In this document: piece by piece, positions 40,470 through 54,891 of the stretch
Layout of the letters: each line of letters opens with the position of its first letter
Position numbering within the stretch: the first letter of the stretch is position 1
NCBI RefSeq assembly: GCF_009914755.1
Contig: NC_060941.1
Length of the DNA stretch: 64,000 bases
Reading direction: 5' to 3' (one strand)
Origin: the human T2T-CHM13v2.0 reference genome, Homo sapiens
Notes under the pieces: generated by a model
Seen by the model: only the letters and a program-made list of their open reading frames with translations
Told to the model about the DNA's origin: nothing
Database searches by the model: none
Program-made: the position numbers and the translations under genes

Positions 40470-40880
40470 CTATTAGGAAAAGTCAAAGAAGACACAATTA
40501 ACAACACAGCTCCAGGGGGAAATCTCTCCAAGGTGAACAAGATTTTACTTATTTAAAACTGAAAACTAAAAATCAGATCAACAAAAACTATTGTTCATCA
40601 AGATCATCATGTTTGGAGTAAAAAAGAAGAAAGGATCCTCGATCTTTGACCTTGTCAAATACTATTCTTTTTAAGTCCTGATTATAATAACTCTGTAGTC
40701 AAAAGGGAAGAATGCAGTCCTAAGAACCCTTGTTCTAGGTTTCTCAAAAGCTACTTAAAATGGCTCCATTGTGCTACTCTTTAAAGCAAGTCAATTGTAC
40801 ATAGTCTCCCAGTCCTTTCACCTTTGTGCTTAGTATAGCATTTTCCTGTACTGTGGCTAACAAATAGACAATTGACGTCA

Positions 40881-41129
<249 letters not shown>

Positions 41130-41509
41130 TCACGCTTGGCATTAGGGCAGACTTCACCGTTAACTCTAGCTGTAGCTCTTCCATGTGTATACTCAGAGAA
41201 TAGGGGACCAAAGAGCCTTCAGTATTATCTCAGCTACCTTTCTGTAAGACCATCTCCCCAACAAAAGTATACGTTTTCTAGCATCAAGAAGACTACTGTA
41301 AAGACTTATTTAATTTTTGAGGCAGAATTTAGCTTCTAGTCCGTTTAGACTCACCTTAAAAGTGAGCACATGATGTTCTAAAATCATTCAAGGCTGCTGA
41401 TGCCCTTCCCTCTAAAACTGATGGTTTGCAATGTTCCTGATGTATTCACAGGCACTGCGAAGAGAAAAACCCTCCAAGCACAGCCCCCAGTGTACTTGAG
41501 GTGGCCTAC

Positions 41510-41606
41510 CTTGGCTTCAGAATCCAGGTTTGCTGGATCAGCTGGGATACTTAGTTCTACTGTTCGGGTTTCTACAGCAACAACTCCCACAGGTATTCCT
41601 CCTAGC
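41510..41606 (-). CDS. ACACA: ACACA coding exon ([17 protein letters not shown]...LDSEAK), 97 nt, phase 2/0
   Basis: atcag|G CTA, AAG|gtagg; peptide visible in ORF 41384-41680. Confidence 0.97.
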
Positions 41607-44600
41607 CTGATAAAACATGAGTCACATAAGAACCCAATGTATGTCAACATTATAGCTAGCCATTTGTTTTCCAATCCCAAATCAAGACATTGGGGAAAAA
41701 ACTAGAAACAAACACAGAGAGCAGGGGAAATCTGATTCTTCTATGAGTTAAATGTGAGACTCTACGGATTTGATATTTACTCTCTAAATATGGTGGGAAA
41801 CCACCCTCAGAATCACTTCTATTCGGAAATGTCCCAACACAAGATAAATTCAAACCAAGGGCTGTTCTAGGGGAGCCTCTACATTTAGACTCAACAGCCT
41901 AGCACATATACACATCCCTACCCCTGTGGCTGCTAAACGAAATTTCTCAGTTCACTCTAGAGCATCTCCTTGGTGAAGATGGTAGGAAATGGTCTGAAAG
42001 GCAGTAGGAATCTGAGACTTTCAGTAACTTTTAATGAGGACTGACCTTGCTGAAATGGAGCTGTAGTTTTCTATGGAATATTAATAATGTGGTTCCAGAT
42101 AAGATTTGAGGGTACAATAGGTCTTACTATTAGGTGTGTGGATAGGGAGTATGTAGGCATGTTATGAGGATGATGAGAAACACATGCCAAGAATAGGGAA
42201 GTGGATCAACAAGCCCTTAATTTTCTCCTTCCTTGGAAAAGACAAATGGGACAAGGATAATTTTTAGTAGTAATGCTGGTGAAGTCTATATTAGAATTAT
42301 ATATTTAATCTCAAAGCTATGTTTATTTAAAAAACTGTTTAGGAGCTCAAAGCCTCTGCACCTTATACTCCACTATGACTTCCCAATTTGGTCCTCATAA
42401 AGATTTTCTAGGAAAAATCAGAGAGCAAGACAAAGTACAGGGTGAGTCTTTACTCTGGAAAATGTGATGCAGTCTTCATTCTCACTGTTGCATTCCTTGG
42501 GGTTGGGGCTGGGATGGGTTATAGTCTCTCATTTCTCACAGCATCTCCATAACAAACTTTTCCATGACAGATGGCCTTTGGTTGTTAAATTGGCTAGTGA
42601 AAATGGATTCCTGTCATCACAAGAGGGCTGACAAGGGCCTGAGTGGAGACCACCCACCCCCTTGTCACTTGCCTGCACTGAATCAGAATCAAAAGCCCTC
42701 TAGACAACCAGACAACGAGCAGGAGATACACAGGAGGGTTTAGAAATATTTCTGTTCACAATGATTAACAATCCAACTGGAAACTTGTAATTGCAAAAGC
42801 CACCCTAAATCGGTAACTTATAACTTATATATTAGGGCCCATGTGACCTAATAAAGAACATCTTTATCCAAGTATTACAGTTATTTATTGAACTTGAAAA
42901 CAGCTCAGAACAACTTCTGTTTTCTATTATACTTCATATAAATTTTATCAGGCTAGCACATGAAGATGCTACATCTTGTTTTATAGTGTGTCCCTGGACA
43001 AGGTGCCATGGAATAATAAAAGACAATTTACAGCCAATAGCACACATATTCCAAACATACATACCAAAGATGAGTTTTGGCAGCACTTACAGTAACAATC
43101 CCAGACGAATACATTTATATTTATTTCTTGAAATGCCATTGCTTTTGAAAGAAGCTAGAGCTCCATTTGTGTTTTATATACTTGTGAGTATGTGTATACG
43201 TTTGGAGTAAGAAGCCCAGAACTCGTCAGATAGAAAGAAAGGAGGAAGTCAGAGTGAGTGTTGCAATAAACAATGACAGAGCTAACCAAAGCCAAGCTTG
43301 ACTGATCTTGGTCGCAAAGCAATCCCTATTCTTCTAATCATAAGTGTAAAGTATTTTTCTCTTATTTCCCATGGGAGGATCTTAAAGAACTTAACAAAGG
43401 TTTGGCTTTCTGAGACTTAAAATCTGTCATGTTTTTTCACAGACAGGAAAATTGAAGCAGAATAGATGAGACAAATCTCAAAAAAGTTGGTCTTAGTGTG
43501 CCGTGAGGAATCTAACAAGCTGATACAGGAGTCGAGTATCAGGGTTCTCGCTCCAGTGTATCTCCTACTTCCAAGCTCCCCACTGGGAATTTTACCAGGC
43601 ACAGAGAATACTTCTCACTGGGACTGAGAAGCCTGGGGTGAGATAAAAGACCTGAGACTTTAAAGAAAACAGACAGGTAGGCTCTGGGACATTCAGTCTG
43701 AGCTGACTCCAGGCCAGAATCCTATTCAGAGTCACAGAGGAAGACCCTGTCTGTGGGATTTGCCCTCTGATGGCTTCTTGTCACAGGCAGCATGGAGGCG
43801 TGCTGACCTGCTGTACTGAGAGAACCACAGAGCCTAGAATTATTTTCAAGGCTAGAATCTAAATCTCAACCCAATGTGGCATGTTTGAGAATCTTGAGCA
43901 GGTGCCACTTTTCACCAAGATAAGGAAAACTGATTGCCCCCAGAGGAAGGTGAGCTCCAGATGCGGTCCCTCAGCAGCATGTCTCTGCAGTGCAGAAGTA
44001 GATTAAGATCAGTCGTGGCAGGTGCTCGTTATAGCTCGTTATAGCAAGCACTACAGATTATTTTGCACAGAGCTTGCTGTTGAGTGAAGCACTTCTTAGA
44101 GTAGGTATTAAAATTTAATAGAAACTTCAATTTCCCACTTCAAAAATATAGGTATCTTGGCAACCTATTTCAGCTTATTTTACTCCTGTTTCAGGTAAAC
44201 TTTTTTTTTTTGGCAATTCACATCTGATTATAATCCAATATAGTACATTTGTCACTTAAATAATCTCGGTGCCACGAAGAACCTCTTTCCAGTTACATAG
44301 AAAAGCAGATGAGTCTCTGAATCACTTGTCACCTATTCCTGAAAGAAAATTGTCTTTGGGAGAGGGAAAGTCATTGGTGGGCTCTGGCTATTGTAGTTGG
44401 GCTTTACAGCTCCCAAAGTGTTTTTCCTGAAACATTATAAAAAGGAAGTGTTGTCAAAATTAGCCTTCAGATTAAACGCATCATTGGAGTGACACACAAA
44501 ATGGCAACTGAGAACCAGCACTCCAATTATTTTGCCTTGGGCATGGCTATAATCCAATATTCTCAGACAGTTCAGACAAAGAGAACATTATTGGTATATA

Positions 44601-44676
44601 TCTATAGAGCCATGGCTCTTTCTTTCTTATTTTTAGTTGGGAGGAAAAAGAGCTGCCAAAACAAAAGAGCTCTTAC

Positions 44677-44773
44677 CTGGCTCTACCAACCACCACAGTC
44701 TGTGCCCAGGGCTGCATAATCTCTGAGAAAGATCCATAGTCAAAAAAGCCACTCAACCACTGACCTTTTTGGG
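44677..44773 (-). CDS. ACACA: ACACA coding exon ([15 protein letters not shown]...VVVGRA), 97 nt, phase 1/2
   Basis: ctgtag|CC CAA, GCC AG|gtaag; ACC CT motif SGFFD..SF.EIM. Confidence 0.96.
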
Positions 44774-46558
44774 CTACAGAAGGGAAAGAAAGAAAACAGA
44801 GAATAAGGACAGTGAATCCATTGACAATGTGCTGGAACTGACGAATTTAAGGTGGTTTGGGGGATTATTTTGGGGAGTTTGTTGTTTTTAACCAAATTAT
44901 AATAGATGGAAGCATTAGGCAGCTGAATGTTCATCTGCCTTCAGACATCATCTCCTATTTCATTTGCTAGTCTGCATAAAAAGAATCATTTATCAGCAAA
45001 AGCATCATTTATTGTTAAATGACAAGGTTTAGCTAGCAGAGAGAGTTTGCATGCTTTTAAATAAATAACTTGACTTTCTTCAAGACACTACAAACATTTG
45101 TCAAAAGGCTGCCAAGTCATTAAAGATATTTTCAAAATGTCTATTTCTATTTTAAAACTTGCCTTACAATTTTGTTTGATTCCACTGACTTTCTTTTAAC
45201 TGAAGGCTAAAAACAACCAAACAATAAGTATTAATGATCAGATAAGGATCCAAATTTGGAGGGAAAAATAGGAACTCAGTTTCTCCGCTACAAAAGCAAC
45301 AAGATATATCTACTTTATTAAACAGCTGATAAAGTATAACCTTTCTACAAAAAAGGGCCACATATTCTTGACAGATAGTAAAAATACAATGGTTAAGATG
45401 CACATACTTAATGCCATTAATCTTCCTTGCACATAGAATTTCCTTCACTGGCAAGACCCAAAATTTTCAACATGTTAGTTTAAAAAAAAAACTTTTGTTC
45501 CACAGGTATAAATGTTTGACCAAAGCCCCATAAAAGCTTCTGCAAATAACCGTTTCCTAGTTTGCCCTCTCAGCTCACGGTTTTCAGTGATTCTTCTAAT
45601 TTGAACATGGCCCTCCACCCCCTAAAAACCCAAGTCCAAAACCAATTAAAAGTGGAGATCTGAGCAAGCTAACCTCTGCTGACTTAAACAGGATGGAGAG
45701 TGTTTTATCTAGACTAAACTTGTAATTACTGTGTTCTACATTCCTTGCCTCTATGGCCCCAGTGTAAAATGTGATCATCCATTTCAAAATTATCTCTCCA
45801 TCCGTGAGCCCAAAGCCGATCGTTTAGATTCTGGTCTTGTGTTGGGCGTCAGTTTGAAGAATATCACAGCACTATCTCCTCTAATAAATGACTTTAACTT
45901 TTCACCTAGAAGATATCTGCTTTAACTTATCACAGGGAATCATCTGCTTTCTTTAACGCTTCCACTAAATTAAAATCTGAAGTCACTCGATTTGGGAGCG
46001 AGTGTTAGCTGCACATAGACAGCAGGATGAATTACTAGGGAGTCAATGAAAAAATATTATCCAAAAAACAGAAAACTTAGTTTATCAAAAATTTCATTTT
46101 ATTCTGTGGATTTCATTAATAATGGCCAGGATAATGCCCACCTACACACACATACTTCTGTTCACCCATGAAAGAAGGACTCAAATTTTGGTGAAGTTTC
46201 TAAACCAAATTTCTAGGTTCATCAGAACACTGAATTTTAACTTTATATCTTTGGATCATTTTCTAATTCTTACTTCAATAACAGGGATTTGGAACTACAG
46301 AATTAACTTCAAGATGGAAATGTTTTCTTCTTTAAAAACTCTCCTGCTAGGGGTAGGAGGAGTCACTGACTATTGTAGTTGTGCTTCACAGTCCCCAGAG
46401 AGTAGATCCTACCCAGTTCCGATGCAGAACCTTAGAAGCCGGCTAAGATGGCTTCCCGTATTTCCCAGGAAAAAACTCACTAAGTCTTGTTCCAAATTCT
46501 AGAAGTAAAGAGGCTCACTTCATTCCCAGAAAAGTCCTGCATTTTAAGACTGACAGGT

Positions 46559-47034
<476 letters not shown>

Positions 47035-48343
47035 AGTAGGAAGAAGATTAGTATGGTGACTTTCCAGGCATGTAAAGAAAAACTATTTCGTTTTATTAAA
47101 ATTAACAAGAAGAGGCACTGAAGACAACAGGTAAAGTTATAAATTAAAATAAACACTTCTCTCATGTTTTTATATAATAGAAAGTCTAATGTAGATATTG
47201 TAGAAAAACAATGTAATAGCTATATAATAGCTATGTGACCTTGTACGAATCACTCAACTTCTCTGATTTTTGTAAAATAGTTATCTCTCTTTATCTAAGA
47301 GAGGTCGTAAGTGCAAAAAAGATGTGGAAGTGCTTTACAGTCCCACCTGGCTTACAGTGGGTACCCACAAAAGTTTATTAGGTCTTCCTTATGAAGACCT
47401 CTCTTTCAGCAAGATCACAATGACTTTTACACTTAATAAAATACCTTCTGCAATCTCTTCTACTTTTATATATAGCCTTTCTTTGAAATAGTTGCAATAA
47501 ATATGCAAAAAAGAACAAATGCTTCCTCACATAGTTTGAAAAAATGGATTCAAAATACAGCAGAGGGATTTGGTGCTCCACAAAAGAACCTCCTGATAAG
47601 TAAGGTTTGCTAGAACAGCCAAATGGACTGACAAATGAGAATGTACACAGAGTTACTTCTTTTTCCTGTTTTGTTTCTAAGTTAGGTAAAAGACAAAGCA
47701 GTAGATTAGATATATCTGGAGGGAGAGCTTATTCTCACTCCATGTATCTATATAATTAAAAGTTCTGGACAATCTCTTCATGAATAAATGAACTTACAAA
47801 GTAGCCTTCTATTACTTACTAAAGCAAGTACCAATACCATTACCAATATCATAAGAAGGGCACATGCAGCGTGGGTGCTCAGAGCTTGCTGAGAAGAGTG
47901 AAGTCATATTCTACACTGAAGGGTCTCAAAGACGTGTGCTAAAACGAAACTGATTAATCTCTTTTGGTTGTAGGGATTAGATGACTGAAGATTCTAGTCC
48001 TATAATTTTATGATTTTATGGCTTATATTGAACTGTGTTAAAGTCTTTGAACCCATTAAGTAATAAGTGCTTTAATAACAGAATAAACAGAAGAAATGTA
48101 TTCGTGACTGCACTGCTTGACTTAATGGGTGATTGGGAAATGTCATTTTATTTATTTTTCATTTTTTCATGAAGGATTTCCCACCTTTTTCTTCAGAGGG
48201 CTGGTTTTCAGGTCTTTCTCATTTCTAGGTACTTACCTCTGTTTTCTTAGTCACATGTGATTGTTCAGGAATTGGATAGTGATTGAAAAGAACGCTAAAA
48301 GCTTAAGAGCCAGGTACCATGGGGTCCTCAAACATATACATAC

Positions 48344-48464
48344 TTGGGTGAGGACGGCCTGCTAGCATCCATCGAGGATCGTATGGGGTCTTTGTGGGAA
48401 CAAACTCGATGATTCTGTCTATAGGATCCTTTGAGTTCAGAAGAGGAACTGAACTGTGCACGCT
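48344..48464 (-). CDS. ACACA: ACACA coding exon ([17 protein letters not shown]...AGRPHP), 121 nt, phase 0/1
   Basis: ttttag|AGC, CCA A|gtatg; continues the frame of the previous exon. Confidence 0.96.
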
Positions 48465-49053
48465 CTAAAAGGAGATTGGAAGAGAGCACAGCAATCAGTG
48501 AACGACAGCCCTAGACTCCAACTCAGCAACAATAGTTATAGACAAAGACAGCAGGGCCCACGTATGGAATTGCACCCAATAGTCCCAATCTTCAGCTGGA
48601 AGAATCCTACGTATGTGCCAGGCCCCAAGGAACATGTATAGGTCAATAGTCTCATTTAGGAGGCTGGCACAAAGTGGTGTGTTTTGACTCTTGATTTCAG
48701 TGTGCCCATGCTTTCTGGGATGCTCCTCTGAGGAATGAATGGCTATTACAGAGGAGAAAACCCACAATGAGGAGGAACCTTAATATACTGGGATCTGAGC
48801 CTTAGGTAGGCCATGAGGGCTTCCGTGGCTGGAAGACATTAGAAAGGGGCCCAACAAATGAAATCCAGAGACATCTTAAAGGTAGAAGGCAAAATATGGC
48901 TGTAAGGAAAAGAGAAATCAATAGCTTTCAGAGAAATATTTTATAAAAAAATTCCTCCACCATAAAGACAAGACCTTAAACACAGAGGCAGTGAGCTGTG
49001 GTGGAAATGACAGGCTCTGCAGGCCATGTCAGTGCTGGGTAGGAAGGGCTCAC

Positions 49054-49197
49054 CTTGGGCATGTAAGACAGCCAGTGCAGGACAGTGAAAACCCCTTCAA
49101 AGTCATCACACACAGTGCAGTGGGTCACCCCATTGTTGTGCATAATCTGGATGCCCCCCAGCTGGTTATTGGAGGTGTACACTTCCCGCCCGAGGAC
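49054..49197 (-). CDS. ACACA: ACACA coding exon ([15 protein letters not shown]...HWLSYMPK), 144 nt, phase 0/0
   Basis: Acceptor ttctctag|GTC, donor AAG|gtgag; 48 codons matching the ACC1 carboxyltransferase domain. Confidence 0.97.
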
Positions 49198-49380
49198 CTA
49201 GAGAAAAGAGCAAGAGAAAAGACATTTGTCTCTATAGAAATAAAGGCATGGTCGATTTCACAAGTCGCACTAAAATGGGTTCTTTTCTCCACAAAACAGA
49301 GATTTCAGTCTCCATGGGTTGGTTGTTCTGAGGGACTATCTGAATCTTCTTCCTAAAAAGAAAACTTAGAAAACAAAAAA

Positions 49381-49417
49381 TATGAGATTGACGCGCTGCC
49401 AGCTGCGCTAAGAGGGC
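49381..49417 (-). tRNA. Retrocopied 5' half (nt 1-37) of elongator tRNA-Met(CAT); not a functional tRNA gene
   Basis: Minus strand GCCCTCTTAGCGCAGCTGGCAGCGCGTCAATCTCATA: acceptor 5' strand, D-arm GCGC-AGCTGGCA-GCGC, anticodon loop CT-CAT-A; 1 mismatch to recalled human tRNA-Met; T-arm absent. Confidence 0.88.
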
Positions 49418-49422
49418 TTACT

Positions 49423-49575
49423 ATAGCATTAGGAGATATACCTAATGCTAAATGACGAGTTAATGGGTGCAGCACACCAACGCGGCACATGTATACATAT
49501 GTAACAAACCTGCACGTTGTGCACATGTACCCTAAAACTTGAAGTATAATAAAAATAAAATAAAAAATTAAAAAA
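49423..49575 (+). mobile_element. L1PA (young primate L1, about PA2-PA4) 3' end with A tail
   Basis: atagcattaggagatatacctaatgctaaatgacgagttaatgggtgcagcacacc...ccctaaaacttgaagtataataaaa. Confidence 0.93.
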
Positions 49576-49889
49576 AAAACAAAAAATACTTTTAACAATC
49601 ACATTCATGGTTGCAATTTTAAAACCAGCAAGCCCCTTTCTCTCCACCAGCTGCCACAGATAGGCAAAGCATACTTCCACCCTCAGCTGAAACTGCAGTG
49701 GTGGGTGAGGCTGAGACCCAGAGGCATAGGCTACCTCATTGTGTGCAAGTCTCTTTGCACACAGACACAAAAAGGTAACATGCCTGTCTTTCAACAATAT
49801 TTAGTGACAAGTCTCAGTTAAAGAAACTCTGGGGGCTTAGGTTCCTCATTTTTAAAAAGGATTATTTTTTTCCTTATATTTGATTTTTA

Positions 49890-49963
49890 TTAGATTGGTG
49901 CAAAAGTAATTGTGGTTTTTGTCATTTAATGGCAAAACCACAATTACTTTTGCACCAGCCTAA
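49890..49963. mobile_element. MADE1 (Hsmar1-derived MITE)
   Basis: ttagattggtgcaaaagtaattgtggttttt ... aaaaccacaattacttttgcaccagcctaa palindrome; TA at the left flank. Confidence 0.92.
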
Positions 49964-52900
49964 CACTGGCCTCCACGCACAAGCCCTAAAGCTAGCAAAA
50001 ACCTGAAGCAACTCATGATACATACATGAACCCCTGAGTCTCAAGTCTTCTTTGTGTGCTGGGTGCAGGGCTGTGATTTATACCCAAGCATGCTTCCCCT
50101 CCTCCTTCCCTTCCCAGGCTCCAGGGAGTTCAGGGCCTCAATCCCTGGTATATCCCTGGAGGAATTTAATCCTTGTAAGGTCAAAGGGCACCTGCAATTG
50201 GAAACCACAAAGTTTCCTTTAAAGAAGAAAAAAAGAGGAAGAAAAGATATTCCTGGACTTGGAAATTGCAGGGTTTCTTTTTCCCTTGAAGACTGGTTAA
50301 TAATTTCTTTCAGGGAAGGAGGTTTTCTGACCCAGCAGATGGAAGCCGGGCAGCCTGATCACTGACTATTGCAAACTGCTGAGTGTATAGTAATTGTCAG
50401 TCATCTAAGGTAGCCCCGGAGAGCTCTAAACAGTTGTAGAGCGCTTACTGTATTTTACCTTTTCTTTTTCCTTTCCTCTCCTCCTTTAAAAAATAACGAC
50501 AATACAAAATTTCTTCCGTACGTGTATTCATTTTCAGTCTCTGGGGAGAATCTAACTAACTAAGGGCCAGCAAAGTCTGCCTGTATATTCCCATTTTGCC
50601 CCTTCTTGTTAGGAGCTTTGAGAGGTTCCCCTGCATGCTGGGTCAGCACCCCCATCGGGACCTTCCAAAGATGGAGGAAGTTGGTGACCAAAGTAATAAC
50701 CTCAGTGTGACCCAATTGGCCTTGATTCCATTTAACTTCAGCTAGGAAGGGCATAAGATACTTTTCTGAAAGGAATATGGAAAGCAAAATTGCTCTCAGA
50801 TTACTGTTTTCCTTGATAAGGAAGCGCAGAGAACAAGCCTTTACAGGCAGCCCCAAGCTGAGCAACATGCTGGCAGCTCCTTTGAAGGAGCCTCGTGAAG
50901 AGGGAAGACGGTATCTGACCACTGAGCTCCCATCCGCCTCTCAGTCCGTCTTTAATCTCAGCCCAGGCACTGCGGCTCTTTTCTCATTCTCCTGCTGTCT
51001 CTTTCCATTTGCCCTCTCTCTGACTGATACACTGATCTCTCGGTCACTCAGCTTTCTGCTCTGCTGAGTCCATATTACTAATAACACCTCCGCCACGGCC
51101 AGTTTACCTCATGAAGGCAGGAGCACATCATTACAAAATAAACTCATAACTTTGACATTCTAGCAAATACACGCCGTTTGTTATTTTTATGGCTTTAGTC
51201 TTTCTAACAGGCAGAGGGCATTACATACCTGTTTCATTTATATCTTTAAATGTGCACACACATGCACACTCACACATGCATCAGGAAACAAAACAGAACA
51301 AAAAATCCAAACCAAAGCAAATATCCAAAGCAGTCTGTTGATGCGGGAGCCTGGTAGAGGCAGAAACCCTGTCACTTACAGAGGCCACGCTCTGATCTGG
51401 CTCTGGTTTTATGGTCGTCATAAACCCGATGGCCCACAACTGGTCCTTCTGGGACAGACTGCCTCTCTGTTAGAAGGCATTCAGTGTGATCAGCAGTATT
51501 TTTAATTATTAAAATAAAATTGGAAAGGGGGAAAAGGAATACAAAAGGAGACACTGTGCTGACCCTGAAAATCTGATATTCACAATCTAGGTCAGGAGCC
51601 AAGTACTCCTTGTTGCCCAGAAGAGAGAGCTGGGCCATTTTCTACTCAGAAACACTATTTTCTTCCTATCTCTAATACCTGATAATGTCCAACCACTTAG
51701 AATCTTACACATCTCCAAAACTAATAATGGACCAATGAAGAACTACACTCAGAAAAAGGGACCGCTCAGCTGTTTAAACATACTTTCTTCTGATGTCTTT
51801 GCCTCCTCATTTAAAAGTGATCCTCTGCCACTTATCTATTCTACCCCATATTTTTACAAAATAATGGGAGGCAAACTTGGTAGGCTCAATAACTGAGTAC
51901 TCTTCTCTTTACAAGCTAAAACTCGGGTTCTGATGCTTTGGCATTGTTCTGAAAAGGCAGCAGTATTTCTACATCTCTCCTTTCCTATGTTTAGAAGAAA
52001 CCTAACCAGGGCTTAACATACCAAGAACATTATTTCTGAGCTAAAGAAGTGTTTGTCATGTGAGAAAATTCACTTAATTCAGAAATTAAGGAGAAAAATT
52101 ACAGAATAGACTAAGAGTATCCCAATATCACTCTCTGACCAGCCTTATCTTGGGAGATGGGGGGTAGGGTGGGGATGGGCACAGAAATGAAACTGCTCCA
52201 CTAATCACAAACAAATGCTAACAATCATAACTACTTAACAATCGGTGAAGAGAAAGCAGTACCCTCCAGTTCATCTTCAATGACCACATGTTTGGAGTAT
52301 GCGCCAGTAGAATGAGGGCGCACACAATAGCTCCTGATTTATAGGGGTCGTTGCTGACTCAAGTGGTTTTAATGATTTTAGAATACTTCACAACAAAAGC
52401 TCCAACCAAGGAAGCAGAATCTGGGTTAGGATAAAATCCATTCTGCCTAACTGTGAAATGATCATGCTATAACAGTTACACAAACCCTCATCAGTATCTA
52501 GGAAGACGAATGGAGTCCACATAGACAGAACCATTGTTTTCTTCCTCAAGGTTGCCCTGCTGACCTTCTACAGAAAAACCTGGGGTCAACAACTCTCATC
52601 AACATATTTTCATGAAGTAGGTGAGCTGCATTCAACACTCTTTTAAACTTTGACCTACGCATTTCTTGCCGTGTTTCAGTTCCCAAATATATTCCTCTTA
52701 CATTCTACTTACTGTATGATACAAACTTTTAATTTATCTGTCCAGCAAGCATCAATAATCATTTAAACACAGGAGTGAGTCAAACAGAGGTGATTCTCCT
52801 GAGGCCTCACTTTCTTGCCCTCCAGATCTAAGTGGAGAAGCAGTACCATGCAATATTAGGAATGGGCTCCACCTTGGGGTCCTCTGCTGAAGAGTGCCAT

Positions 52901-54891
52901 GCTGACAGAATTGAATAAGGGCTGAATCTGAGAGGAAAGAGGATCTTGACTCATTCTCAATATAAACTTAAGCCTCATCCAGTACTTCATTCATTGCAGC
53001 CGGCGGACCTAAGAATTAAGGGCACCACATAAAAGCCGGTGATTAGCAGAGACACAATTGTTAAAGGCTCCACCAAAGATGCTACGTAGCCTTTAGAAAT
53101 GTTGAGATACATAAGAAGTACAAATGAATGCAGTCATACGTCCATGCTCAGGCCTCTGCTGCTGCTGCTGCTTATCTAGAGACACTGCAGACAGCTCAGG
53201 TTTACCACAGCTGACAGGCAATGAAAACAGCCTAATATACCGCCTGCTCTCTCCCTTAAAGCCCTTTTTGGAGATCAAGATAAACACGTACTTCCTTTCC
53301 CCCATGCTCCAGACGTTTGACTGAAGTGGCAGAGCATTGTGATGTTTTGTGCAAATGAAATCACTATGTAATACTGAATGAGTGCAGTATTTACTTGTCA
53401 GGATATTTGTCAGCACAGGCATTGAGATTTCCAAGTTTCACAGATGCAACTTAGCTCAATTTTTTAAAAATTGCCTTTGTCCTGACATACACATTATGTT
53501 GGGGACCCTTAGACTTATAGGCAAATATTTGCAATCATGTGCTGAAGATGTGAAAAATTATCATGCATATCAATGATGGAATAAAAAATGAAATCTATTC
53601 CTTCTCTTCCTCTTTATTCAGTCTTTTCCCCCTCTTTAAACAATGCTCGGTGGGTCAGGACATCTATTTAAGGAAGCAGGGAATACAAAATTCCTCCTGC
53701 ATCTAAGAATTAGGCTACACAAGCTGAGTCCTCGCTGCAATCCTCCTTCTTATTAGGACATTTCCATTCTCAAGAGGATTTGAGGAGGGGTTTTGTAAAT
53801 TTACTGAGTAATTGTCATCACTGGACTTCATCCATGATTCTAGATATTAAAGTCACTCTGGGATCTGTCAGGTTATTGATAAAGGTTGGCTAAAGCTGAA
53901 AGAGAACAGATATGAGAAAGAATAAGCAGGAGTAGAGGAAAAGTGGTAAAATAGGGACAAAAGAAAGAAGGAAGGATGAGAGAGAGGAAAAGGGAGGGGG
54001 AGAGAAAGGAGGAAGGAGAAGAAAAAAATGCAATAGCTCATCTACTCAGTGCAGCTAATATCCTCCTCCCTGACCTGAGAGGACTACATTTTAAAAATCT
54101 GACAAGTAATTCAATCTCCAATTAACAATTTTAAGTGGTGCTGCACATATCACTGTGTCAATGTTTCTTCAGGAATATATCCAAGGGTGAATGGAATTAA
54201 ATCTCTAGGGAGATGGAACCAGGACCTATGTGACCAACAAGATTATTTGGGGGTTCCAAAATACAGTTTCTTAATGCATAGGCAAAGCGTTATAATTTTT
54301 TCCCCACTTTATTGCCACTACTGTCACTGGCAAACTGGAGTGCTGGCTGGCAGGTGCTAGGCTAGGGTTGGGGTAGAGAAGGGGCTCGGTGACATACTGT
54401 GGGCAGAAGAGAGAAAAGCCTCTGACATGAGCCACAGCTGGATTCAAGACCATTTGCTATAAGACCAAAAATCTCTCTATAAGCAGCAAATCATGAAGTG
54501 ATCAGGTATGCTGAAGGATAAACTGGGGCAAAGGGGTGGTACTGTCAGTGGAAGGAAAAGAAACAGCCAAAAAGAGGCTGAATATAGGCCAGAAATAACA
54601 CTGGAAGACATCTCTTTACTGAGGTACAGGGCTCAGTGGAGAACAGAGGAATGAATTAGACAGCAGAAAGACAATAAGGATTTGAAGGTGGAGTGGGTAA
54701 GGAACAGAGACTCATTTGTAATGTAAAAGATAGAGAGGAGCCACACAATAGTTTGCTAAATGTATGAGAAGAAGCACAGGCTTCTGGAAAGAAAGCTGCC
54801 AAAAGTAATCACTCACCCTAGGGGGACCCACCAACTGCTCATGTAGGTAGGGACTTGAGATTTCTGATAAGTTAATTCCAAACAGGAATTC

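Noticed and set aside
44024-44045. 10-bp tandem duplication gctcgttata x2
   Set aside because: Ordinary slippage-type duplication.
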